A DNA stretch of 64,000 nt, from IMG/VR virus record IMGVR_UViG_3300045988_121635; one strand, 5' to 3'. The position numbers were made by a program, and so were the translations under genes. This DNA is from a virus. The notes under the pieces were generated by a model that had not been told where the DNA came from, ran no database searches, and saw only the letters and a program-made list of their open reading frames with translations. Position 1 is the first letter of the stretch; each line of letters opens with the position of its first letter. Of the stretch, positions 37,039-46,500 are shown piece after piece.

Positions 37039-37326
37039 ATGGAAACAAATCAATTAAGGGAAATACTTAAATTGTATGGTCTTCAACATGATGTTGTTAT
37101 CAACAAAAGTTCAAGAAGGTATTCTATTATCTTAGACAATAACATAATAGGAACCAATCACGACAAAGAGAGGGTGGTTGTGTTCCGTCCTATACCGGAA
37201 GGAAAAAACACATTCTGCATGGAGCGAGATAGGTTCTACACGGAGTTTGAAGAAGCTTTTGATGATGATAAAGCCATAGAAGCCGTAAGACAATATTTTG
37301 AAAACAACAAAAACAGAAAGTCATGA
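37039..37326 (+). CDS. hypothetical protein
   Basis: ORF 95 aa. Confidence 0.45.
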   Translation: METNQLREILKLYGLQHDVVINKSSRRYSIILDNNIIGTNHDKERVVVFRPIPEGKNTFCMERDRFYTEFEEAFDDDKAIEAVRQYFENNKNRKS

Positions 37327-37661
37327 ACGAAAATGAAGTATTTAGATTAAAGGGCAGTATAGCCATATCCAACCTATCACGTGAGGACAAGGATATGATA
37401 AATAGCATCCTTGATGATATCAATAAAAAGGATGAAGATGAAAAAGGGTATGTCTATACCGTGAGAGTAAAACTAAACAATGGAAAGGTTGTATATGCTA
37501 CTTTATTTTTCAAAGACAAGAAAGGTCCCACATTTGAAGACTTAAAGAAGGAGCTTGATGATATGGGAGTTAAAAGTGATAATTATAGCAATAACGGCAT
37601 AATTATCATTAACCGCATTGTCATGAGCGGAGAAGAATTTGACCGCTTTACAGGAGAATGA
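37323..37661 (+). CDS. hypothetical protein
   Basis: ORF 112 aa. Confidence 0.45.
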   Translation: MNENEVFRLKGSIAISNLSREDKDMINSILDDINKKDEDEKGYVYTVRVKLNNGKVVYATLFFKDKKGPTFEDLKKELDDMGVKSDNYSNNGIIIINRIVMSGEEFDRFTGE

Positions 37662-37705
37662 TGGATTATATTATTATATCAAGCGATTAAAACAACGATA
37701 AAACA

Positions 37706-38263
37706 ATGGAAAAGATGGACAATAATACTAAAAACATCCTTTATCCAAAAGGATCTATTTTTCGCATGTTGGAAAGTGATGTAATCAGTTCCGAATTAGA
37801 AATAGCCAGAGGAGCTATAGTGGAGGCAGTATCAGACATAGAGGTAGATGATGAATATGCTGAGGTTTGTTGCAATGGAGAGACGTTTATCATAGGAACG
37901 GACATTATGGGTATTATTCCTGTCAAAGTATCCAGAGAAAACAAATCGGTGAAAAATGACATCATTGACGATAAACTACGATGGGATTTGCTTCCGATGG
38001 AAGAAATTGAGGACATTGTAAAAGTCTATCATGCTGGAGCCAAGAAATATGGGCCTAATAATTGGCAGAATCTTGACAACGGCTTTGAACGGTATCGCGC
38101 GGCAATGTTTAGACACCTGATAGAATACATGAAAGGAGAAAGAGTGGATTCTGATACAGGATGTTTTCATCTTGCACAATGTGCATGGAATTGTATAGCT
38201 ATGCTGTGGTATGATAAGCACGGGAAAGGATTAATACCATTAAATAAGGAGGAAAAGAAATGA
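37706..38263 (+). CDS. hypothetical protein
   Basis: ORF 185 aa. Confidence 0.5.
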   Translation: MEKMDNNTKNILYPKGSIFRMLESDVISSELEIARGAIVEAVSDIEVDDEYAEVCCNGETFIIGTDIMGIIPVKVSRENKSVKNDIIDDKLRWDLLPMEEIEDIVKVYHAGAKKYGPNNWQNLDNGFERYRAAMFRHLIEYMKGERVDSDTGCFHLAQCAWNCIAMLWYDKHGKGLIPLNKEEKK

Positions 38264-38568
38264 CAATAGAACAACTAAATTATTTATTAAGAAAAGAGCT
38301 TTATGCTATAAAAAAACATAAAGACAATATTGATAGAATCAAAAAAGAATACTTTGATTCCAATTATGGGTTAAAAGAAGGAGATAAGATCCGTATTTTA
38401 CACGAAACAGGAGATGAAATGATGGGCTTCTTGAAAAAAGTTGAAGTATGTGAAGACGGAGATCTGTACTTGACAATCCAAAAACAAAACGAAAAAGGTG
38501 ATAGAGGCAGAGGAAAATGGAATATGTATCTATCATCAAAATTAATTAAAATTGAAAAATGTGTATAA
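38260..38568 (+). CDS. hypothetical protein
   Basis: ORF 102 aa. Confidence 0.45.
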   Translation: MTIEQLNYLLRKELYAIKKHKDNIDRIKKEYFDSNYGLKEGDKIRILHETGDEMMGFLKKVEVCEDGDLYLTIQKQNEKGDRGRGKWNMYLSSKLIKIEKCV

Positions 38569-39751
38569 TGCCATGAGAGTGTTAAGTTTATTTGACGGAA
38601 TGTCATGTGGTCAAATAGCGTTAAAAGAAGTAGGGATCACACCTGAAGTATATTATGCATCAGAAATAGATAAGTTTGCTATTAAACAAACGCAATTAAA
38701 TTTCCCTAATACGATACAAGTAGGAGATGTAAGGGATTTGAATGTAGAAGATCTTGGACACATAGATCTTATTTTAGCCGGCAGCCCATGTACAGATATG
38801 TCCTTTTCTGGAAAAAGAAAAGGGTTGTCTACCGTAGAAGGAATAGAAATCAAATCACTTGATGAGTATCTTGAATTAAAAAAACAAGGATTTGAATTTG
38901 CCGGTCAGTCTTACTTATTCTGGGAGTTTATTCGTATTTTGAATGATGTAAGAAAAACTAATCCTGATGTGTTGTTTCTTCTTGAGAACGTTAAGATGGG
39001 AAAGAAATGGGAGCCGGTATTCGATGATGCTATAGGGTGTAAAGGCAATCATATTAATTCAGCACTTGTTTCCGCTCAAACCAGGAAACGTATTTATTGG
39101 ACTAATATTCAAGGCGGCATTATCCCTCAGCCTAAAGACGAGGGTTTGACCATAAGTGATATAGAGGAATATGAAGTAGATGAAAAATATTACTTATCTG
39201 AAAAAGTTTTAAACAATTTAGCTTTTCACTTGAAAAGAAATCACGACAAGGGGAATTATTATGGAGCTAATATTAAAACAAAAGATGAAAAATCCAATAC
39301 TGTTACCGTAAAGGGTAAATACACGTACGATCTTATTTGTGTAGCAATGAGAGGTAGGAATCCAGAAAAACCTACATGTAGAGAATCTGGTCTTAAAACA
39401 GTTCAGATGATTGAATTTAAAAACGATGGAAAATCCAATTGTCTCACAACAGTTCAGAAAGATAATCTTATTTTCCAAATACCAAGAGGATTTAACAAAG
39501 GTGGATTTCATGAAGATAAGACTCCAACATTATCTTGTAATTCATATGATAGAAACAATTTTATCATACAGAGAACATTACATGGCGATTTCAGAATAAG
39601 AAGATTAACCCCTACAGAGTGCTCCAGGTTACAGACTGTACCAGATTGGTATAAATGGGAATGCAGCGAAACCCAACAGTACAAGATGTTGGGAAACGGG
39701 TGGACTATTAAAGTTATTGAACATATACTTAAAAGAATAAAAGAATCATGA
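38552..39751 (+). CDS. DNA (cytosine-5)-methyltransferase (motif I LFDGMSCG, motif IV GSPCTDMS, motif VI ENV, C-terminal QTVPDWY...GNGWT)
   Basis: ordered C5-MTase motifs. Confidence 0.85.
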   Translation: MKNVYNAMRVLSLFDGMSCGQIALKEVGITPEVYYASEIDKFAIKQTQLNFPNTIQVGDVRDLNVEDLGHIDLILAGSPCTDMSFSGKRKGLSTVEGIEIKSLDEYLELKKQGFEFAGQSYLFWEFIRILNDVRKTNPDVLFLLENVKMGKKWEPVFDDAIGCKGNHINSALVSAQTRKRIYWTNIQGGIIPQPKDEGLTISDIEEYEVDEKYYLSEKVLNNLAFHLKRNHDKGNYYGANIKTKDEKSNTVTVKGKYTYDLICVAMRGRNPEKPTCRESGLKTVQMIEFKNDGKSNCLTTVQKDNLIFQIPRGFNKGGFHEDKTPTLSCNSYDRNNFIIQRTLHGDFRIRRLTPTECSRLQTVPDWYKWECSETQQYKMLGNGWTIKVIEHILKRIKES

Positions 39752-40290
39752 TTAGAGCAAGATTTTACATTAAAAAATCCGACTGCGACAACGACTACCG
39801 TCCAGTCAAATGGCCTATAAAATATCCATATTGGTGTAGTGCAGAATCCGATAATTCATTTGTATTGGTGGCGTATGCTGAAGATGAAGACAGCATAAAA
39901 GAACTGTGGCCGGAGGCGTATGATATTAATGTCTTAGAGAAAGATACCGAAATTAAATTCACATTAAGATTTCCTAAGCCTAAATGGTATGAATTGCAAG
40001 AAGAGAGATTAGAAGAGTATGATAAATTATATGGTAAATTCGTATGGGTTACGGACATGTGTCTAAAAGATGGGAAAATAAGAAAGGTAAAAGCCAGAAT
40101 AGAAGATTGTGGTGGTCTTTTATTAGCCGACACTCCTGGTCGTTACACCCCTTATCAGATAGGGGATTGTGCTTTTGAAAGCAAGGAAGAGGCTTTAAAA
40201 CATGCAGAGGAGCAGAGAACGGATTTAATTAAGTCTCTTAAGTTACAAATACACGAACTTGAAAATCTAAAATTTGAATGCGATGATTAA
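39748..40290 (+). CDS. hypothetical protein
   Basis: ORF 180 aa. Confidence 0.5.
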   Translation: MIRARFYIKKSDCDNDYRPVKWPIKYPYWCSAESDNSFVLVAYAEDEDSIKELWPEAYDINVLEKDTEIKFTLRFPKPKWYELQEERLEEYDKLYGKFVWVTDMCLKDGKIRKVKARIEDCGGLLLADTPGRYTPYQIGDCAFESKEEALKHAEEQRTDLIKSLKLQIHELENLKFECDD

Positions 40291-40996
40291 CTATGCAGCA
40301 AAAGCCAGAAAAGCTTATTTGATAAACAATTTCGATAAGATTCTTAACAGTCTCAACACGCTTCATTCTACGGTTGAGACCATGACGTTGTTCGTAAACG
40401 ACCAGGCTTATAATTACATTCTTAAGCTAAAGGAAGTAATTAAAACCAGTCCTATGTATAAGCACAATATCAAGCGTCTTTTAAATGATATGGACAAAGA
40501 GATAAAGAGGTACAATGCTTCTATCTACTACATAAATAAAGAGCGTAGTGAGGTTATAGCTGATATAACACAAGCGATGGAAGATTGCCTCATGCCATAC
40601 ATAGACAACCTGGCCGGCGCTATAAGGGCAGCCGTGTGGTCGAGGGGCGCGTCCGAGGAGCGGACGGAAGCGGCGGTACTGTCCCTAATCGTATCCTCCT
40701 TGGCCATGACATCAGGCAGACTTATTTCAGGTGGATATCAGATCATGAAAGAAATGGGTGGTGGCTGGGGTGGTAATCCATTTACGTTTATGAGCATTGA
40801 TAAGATAAGACACTTATCTACATCATTATCTGATGCTATTACCGGTGGAGAAATAGCTCTTGAAGAAAAAGAAGCCAATGACATAACTAAGGCAATGGAT
40901 GTTTTTATTGAGAAAATATCCGATTCAGATATTGTTGATAAGGTGATCAGCATACTCGAAGAGGCAGAATCTAAAAACAAGGAGGAGAGATCGTGA
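40274..40996 (+). CDS. hypothetical protein (Gly-rich internal segment)
   Basis: ORF 240 aa. Confidence 0.5.
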   Translation: MNAMINYAAKARKAYLINNFDKILNSLNTLHSTVETMTLFVNDQAYNYILKLKEVIKTSPMYKHNIKRLLNDMDKEIKRYNASIYYINKERSEVIADITQAMEDCLMPYIDNLAGAIRAAVWSRGASEERTEAAVLSLIVSSLAMTSGRLISGGYQIMKEMGGGWGGNPFTFMSIDKIRHLSTSLSDAITGGEIALEEKEANDITKAMDVFIEKISDSDIVDKVISILEEAESKNKEERS

Positions 40997-41184
40997 ATTA
41001 TTTAGATGGGTATGTAGAAGAGATTCTTTCCGAGCCGTACTATGATGATTACGGTTCTGGTATTTTTAGGTGGTGGGTGAAAGTGTCTTACATTTGCGAA
41101 GGCATAGGAGCTGTCACTACCTTAATGTTTGATACGAGAGAAGAAGCGGAAGCTGTAAAACCAGGTTACAAATTTTTATGTTGA
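40993..41184 (+). CDS. hypothetical protein
   Basis: ORF 63 aa. Confidence 0.35.
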   Translation: MNYLDGYVEEILSEPYYDDYGSGIFRWWVKVSYICEGIGAVTTLMFDTREEAEAVKPGYKFLC

Positions 41185-41191
41185 AAATAAT

Positions 41192-41425
41192 ATGAAGTAT
41201 TTTATTTTATTGATGACATTAGTATTATCATCATGTTCAAATAATCATCAGGTTAATGACGGATGGGTTATATATGATCTACGTCCTTTACAGGGTGGAC
41301 GTGTGATGTATTATGCTGAAGACGAAAGAATTTCAATATTTAAACATAATAGAATCATAAAATTCGTTGGATACCAAGGAGAATACAATATCGGAGATTC
41401 TATTAAAATCGTAAAAGTGAAATAA
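41192..41425 (+). CDS. putative small lipoprotein (signal peptide + lipobox LSSC)
   Basis: MKYFILLMTLVLSSCSNN. Confidence 0.45.
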   Translation: MKYFILLMTLVLSSCSNNHQVNDGWVIYDLRPLQGGRVMYYAEDERISIFKHNRIIKFVGYQGEYNIGDSIKIVKVK

Positions 41426-41426
41426 T

Positions 41427-41915
41427 ATGAAAAATAATTTAAAACTCGTATGTCCAAAATGTGGCACCCCTCACCAGCCTCATTCTCCGCACACGATGGA
41501 TGCAGATGGATTTGAAAGGAGTGAGATAAGAACTGTCATGGAAGACAGGGGATGGTGCTACGAATGCTCTTTTTGGCAAAACTTGTACGACAAGCACAAA
41601 GACGATCCTGGATGGGTTAGGATAGACGGTGTAAGCTGGGTGCTTAAGCCTATGGTGGAAAACGTACCGAGCGGATGGAACAGCCTTGGATGTGGTGGAA
41701 GAAAAATGTATATCAATATCGAAGGGAAAGGCGTTGTTACATCAAATAACTGCTGGTGTCAAGGTGATGTTTCGGACGCATTCAAGGATCTGATGCCTGA
41801 TAATGCTACTTGGGCTACGAAGGAGGAATTTGACAAAGCTCCTGTAGTAGGACATATCATAGAAGGTATTGGTTTAGTTTTCACAGATAGGGAAGGTCAT
41901 GAAGTTAATGCTTAG
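41427..41915 (+). CDS. hypothetical Cys/His-rich protein
   Basis: ORF 162 aa. Confidence 0.5.
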   Translation: MKNNLKLVCPKCGTPHQPHSPHTMDADGFERSEIRTVMEDRGWCYECSFWQNLYDKHKDDPGWVRIDGVSWVLKPMVENVPSGWNSLGCGGRKMYINIEGKGVVTSNNCWCQGDVSDAFKDLMPDNATWATKEEFDKAPVVGHIIEGIGLVFTDREGHEVNA

Positions 41916-41962
41916 AAACTTATTTCATGTTCTGCTTATATAAGAAAAGATGGTAACTACAA

Positions 41963-42001
41963 CAATCCCCAACCATACAATAGGCGTACGGTTGGGGATT
42001 G
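41963..42001. terminator. bidirectional terminator at convergence of + and - gene blocks: CAATCCCCAACC-(15 nt)-GGTTGGGGATTG, 12-bp stem
   Basis: perfect 12-bp inverted repeat between convergent genes. Confidence 0.7.
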
Positions 42002-42004
42002 TTG

Positions 42005-42685
42005 TCATATCGTAAAATTAAGTGTTTTTTCTAATATCAGATATTCAGTATGAACTTTACTTCCGCCATCATCTATCAAGTCCAAATTAATATAAGCTGT
42101 ATATGATACATGATGATCACCAGGAGCAAGACGTTTCATTTCTGATAAGAACATAGAATTTAAACCTTGGCCAGACCATGATTCTGGATATGGCAAAGGT
42201 GTAAAGTCGGCGTCTGTACATCTTACAACCCAAGTAAGATTAGGATCTGCCCTAACTATTCTATCATGAGGTCCATCAATTACAAGATCTGGCATCTCAT
42301 ATTGGTAACTATCATAATTAAGGACAATAGGATCACCAAAGTTTACACCGTATATAGCAGCAGGTGGAGTAAAGCTTGTTATTAAAAAGGTTCTATTAAT
42401 CCTATTGGTTGTTCTTAGCGTAAACTCATCAGGTGCTATCACACTTACTCTAAATCCATAATAAGGAGAGGTTGTTAAAGCAATAGCAAGAACCACCGAA
42501 TCCTGTTCAAGCAATTCCTCTGTCGTATCAACCTGACTATCGATCTCTCGCCTATCTTCCATTGGAACACCGCCTTGGACACTTATGGAATCCAGCCGTT
42601 CTTTTTTAGACAGAAAGATAAATTGCCCGCCCTGTGGAATGGTGCCTACTTTCTTTCCTTCTACGATTACCCCCCCCCTATACAA
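42005..42685 (-). CDS. hypothetical protein, possibly tail fiber/receptor-binding by position; as sequenced starts with TTG followed by G9 tract
   Basis: ORF 226 aa; in-frame ATG only at codon ~41; ATG at 42705 in +1 frame. Confidence 0.45.
   Translation of the reverse strand: MYRGGVIVEGKKVGTIPQGGQFIFLSKKERLDSISVQGGVPMEDRREIDSQVDTTEELLEQDSVVLAIALTTSPYYGFRVSVIAPDEFTLRTTNRINRTFLITSFTPPAAIYGVNFGDPIVLNYDSYQYEMPDLVIDGPHDRIVRADPNLTWVVRCTDADFTPLPYPESWSGQGLNSMFLSEMKRLAPGDHHVSYTAYINLDLIDDGGSKVHTEYLILEKTLNFTI
42670..42678. repeat. C9/G9 homopolymeric tract at 5' end of 42005..42685 gene
   Basis: nine consecutive C on + strand; unique in the window. Confidence 0.95.
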
Positions 42686-42745
42686 TCGCTAACTATCTTA
42701 TACTCATATAGTTTAGCATTATTTTCAAATCTTCTTCTCATAATT

Positions 42746-43363
42746 TCATAAAATTAATTCGGTAAAGGGGCGGACATAACGTGGATTACTCCTTGTACTT
42801 GTATCCAAATGATCTCCTTGGATGTTTATATCATAATACCACGAATAGGTAAATTGTGTAGATTGAGTGGATGTCCACATTTTATTACTCATTATCGTAC
42901 CTCCTACCATTAAAAGACATTCGTTTATTTCATTAGCATACAATGATATCAAAAAAAACTCTCCGGCGCCACCTACATATCCATTTTGACCATTTTTAAA
43001 TAAATAGCTATTAGCTTTATTAAAAGCGTAATCTGTATTACTGGTATCATATTCAAGATACGCATTCTGATTTTCACGCCCCCAATAATCCTTTTTAATA
43101 GTTCCAATATGAGAACTATCTTGTGCAAATATATTGTCTATTTCTCCATCCTTACCCCAACGAAATGTGCCAATATATTCGGTGGCTATAACAAAACACA
43201 CTTTATCTACAAGAGCTATTCCATTGCATAGATCATTGGAATATCCTTTATTAGACCAATTTTCTTTTGTATATAATCCTCCATCTACATGTTGGATGTA
43301 TATGCCTTTATTGATTATAAGCGAGGGATTTACCCCCATCCCTATTTGAAATCTTCGTCTCAT
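42746..43363 (-). CDS. hypothetical protein, possibly fiber/receptor-binding by position (start chosen at ATG 43363; ORF open to 43504)
   Basis: ORF. Confidence 0.45.
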   Translation of the reverse strand: MRRRFQIGMGVNPSLIINKGIYIQHVDGGLYTKENWSNKGYSNDLCNGIALVDKVCFVIATEYIGTFRWGKDGEIDNIFAQDSSHIGTIKKDYWGRENQNAYLEYDTSNTDYAFNKANSYLFKNGQNGYVGGAGEFFLISLYANEINECLLMVGGTIMSNKMWTSTQSTQFTYSWYYDINIQGDHLDTSTRSNPRYVRPFTELIL

Positions 43364-43575
43364 GATTTTTGTTTGCAAGATAGCAATAATTGACAACATA
43401 AAAGAAACCGGTTCCCTATCATCTCTGACTGAGAACCGGTAAGAAAACAATTTCAGAAAAAATAAACCTACATAACCTTTCAAGTAAGAACAAAAAACGT
43501 ACAATCTACTCTTTGACGATGCTAATATAGCATATTGGAATCATACAAAAACAATGCAAGTCTGATATTTTTCGT

Positions 43576-46500
43576 CTATTTGTAGCTTGTATCCTCATCA
43601 CCTTCCGAATCAGGAGTGGCGCCGATGAAGAACATCATTGACTTGTTGTTCGTCTGCTGCCACCAATTATAAGCGCGCGCTACGTCTTCCGGCGTCTTGA
43701 TATTATACCATTGTTTGATAAACGTCTGTTTGGCGAGTTGCCTAAATAACTTAAACTCTCCTTTGTATGTGCCGGATGTTACTTTATCAAGTGAATAATT
43801 CCTAAGATCGGTAAGATCCTTCAGTTTCCGCCCCATAACAAACGGATCGTTAATGATATCTACCACGTTAAGCTCCATAATAAACGGCATCTGTGAAGCT
43901 ATTTCGTTTATGGTTCTGAATCCGACATAGGATCCGAATTGAGTAAGCCAACTTTCTTCGTTTTCATCATCATCACGCCATCCGGCAAGAAGCATAGATA
44001 CGGCCTGCATGATAAGGAACGTGCCGGCATAGACACTGAGACGTTTGAGATTGGTTTTTTCTACCTCATTCATATTGTCTTTATTTTCATTCCAGGCATC
44101 TATGATGTTTTTCATACCAGACTCGGAAGCCAGGCTAAATGTTTTGGCTATCATATTCTTTAACGTAATTGACAACCCTTCCTCTTCTTGCATTGTCTGG
44201 AAATTGAAGCCACGTCTTTTCCACAGACGTTGAGCCGCCAGCACCAACCATCCTCGGTGGGCGGTCATGAACCTGGCTATCCAGTTGCGCGATGCAGCAG
44301 TTCGGTTTTCTTCATTCAAAGATCCGTTACATATCTGCGACAAGCTACGGACTTGATTCCTGGTTATAGCCATCTGGGTTTCAACTTCCTCAACAGTAAC
44401 ACCTGATCCGGGCTTTACAACCACCTTCCCATCCACGACGTCTACCATACTCCATAAAGTACGATCTTTTAATGCGTTCCATTCTCTTTTTATGGTACTC
44501 TGTTCTTTATTGCGTTCTTTTTCCATCTTGAAATCTTGGAGCGTGTAGAACCGGCCTTTGTAATAACGAACATTGTCCATAGTAGCAATCATAACCTGCG
44601 GATCAAGAGGGTAGTTCAGGATTTCCATAAAAGCATACATAGGCGAACGCATTAAGGTCCTGGCCGCTCTATTGTATCCGGCACCATACATACGATTTCG
44701 GATATTGAATATCCCCATTCTCTCACCTATGACATATAATTTACTTTTCCTATCTATGTCTCCGGTTTCTGCTATACAAGATGGAGCAAGGCGTGAAAAT
44801 TCAGCCGATGCGTATTTAAGGGAGTCTTTGCTTATATACTGTCCTACGGCAGATTCCATGATGAGGTTGATATGACCTGTTAAGGCGCCGGTAGCTGCCA
44901 CAAACGGAGACAGTGCCAAGTTCATGACCGACATAAATCTTTCAACAGCCATCATAATTCTTGTAAGGTCTACCGTATATCCTCCGATGTTCACCGTAAG
45001 TCTTTTGGTGTTCATCCTAATGCCATAATAATGATCGTTGAAGAAGTCTCTGAACATCTGATATGCTTGGGTTGCTTCAGCCTTCTTACCGCCTTCAAAT
45101 TGCTTGTTCAGTAACATCTGTTCCAGTCCTTGAGCGAGCTCTATAGACTTCTGCTTTTCGTTGTATAACGATGACTGCATCATAAGCATCGAATAAGAGT
45201 AGCCAAAATCGTGAGATACATCATCTTGGTTCTCCAACTCATATATGTAGTATTTAGGTATAGACCTAAGTCTGTCTTCCGGGTCATACACTTCTCCTTG
45301 CCTGGTCTTACCATATAGAGAATCGTCTACTCTGTCCAGGCACAGATCTGATACAAAATTACGAACCGTATTTTTGAAGTTAATACCCAATCCTTCTATA
45401 CGTTCTATGTCTTGTTTTGATATCTGTGGAATAGCATACAGGTTCGGGCTCTGCTCTTTGTATAGATCAAGGGATTGTCTTTTTATTTCCTTGAGTTTTT
45501 GAATCATATTCCACTGCTCTACATTTTTAGTAGCAACCTCATTACCGTCAACATCATACTTGATGCCAAAGTCATTGAAATACGATTCATCACGATACAG
45601 GCTTTTCTTAGGCATTCGATGACCATACCCATGATCTTTTACATAATCAGGATTACGGCCGCTATTTTCGGCTTCAGATTCAGCCACCCATGCCCTTGCA
45701 GGATCGAAAGAAAGGTACGATATATCCATGCCATAATCTTGGGTGGATGTACCGTTTTGTACGTCCTTAACCATCTGCGCCACATCTATCTCACCTCGAC
45801 CGATTTTGTCGATCATAGCCGCATATCCAGTAGGCGCCATGCGTTTATAGTACGAAAAGACCTGGCTCCTGGCAAATTCATTAACAATAGCATTGGCCTC
45901 TTCTATGCCCGCTTTTATGTCAGCTTCTATACCCTCTTCTCTTGTATTATTTAAAAACAAGCTGGCCATCTTAGCATTAACAGCATTCCTAAAATCTCTA
46001 CCGTCTAATTCTTTGCTTATACCAAGCTTTTCTGACAGGTAGTTGGTTTCAGATACGGTAAACAGATATCGGTTATCAGCAGCCTTAAACAGCTTATCCC
46101 TTAAAGCCTGAATCCTTTTTGCTTTCTTCGCCGTAGTATGACGTTGTACGAACTTCCATTCCACTTCCTTGGAGTCAGCAAGAGCATTTAAATAAGACTG
46201 ATTTACTTCGTTTTCAGCCTTATTGCTTTTAGTAAGGTACTTATCAATATCTTCAAGACCCACCATCTTAGCATAATCTATCAAAATAGCGTAATCGGCT
46301 TCAATAGCTTCAGATGCGGCCCTAAAAGCATCTCTTTCGGATGAGGTAAATGTTGCTTCGTTAATTTCTCCGATATCAGCCACATCGCGATTGTTTCCGA
46401 TTATTTCCTTGATAATAGCCTTATTTTTTTCTATATCTTTCACAATAGAATCCACGTCAGTCGCATCTCTATCGCTTGTCGTAGAACTAATGATATCATG

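Noticed and set aside
42686-42745. Possible stop-codon read-through or fusion of 42746..43504 and 42005..42685, which are in the same frame
   Set aside because: Manual translation of the 60-nt spacer shows at least six in-frame stops, so they are separate genes. The relevant signal is the +1-frame ATG and the G9 tract.
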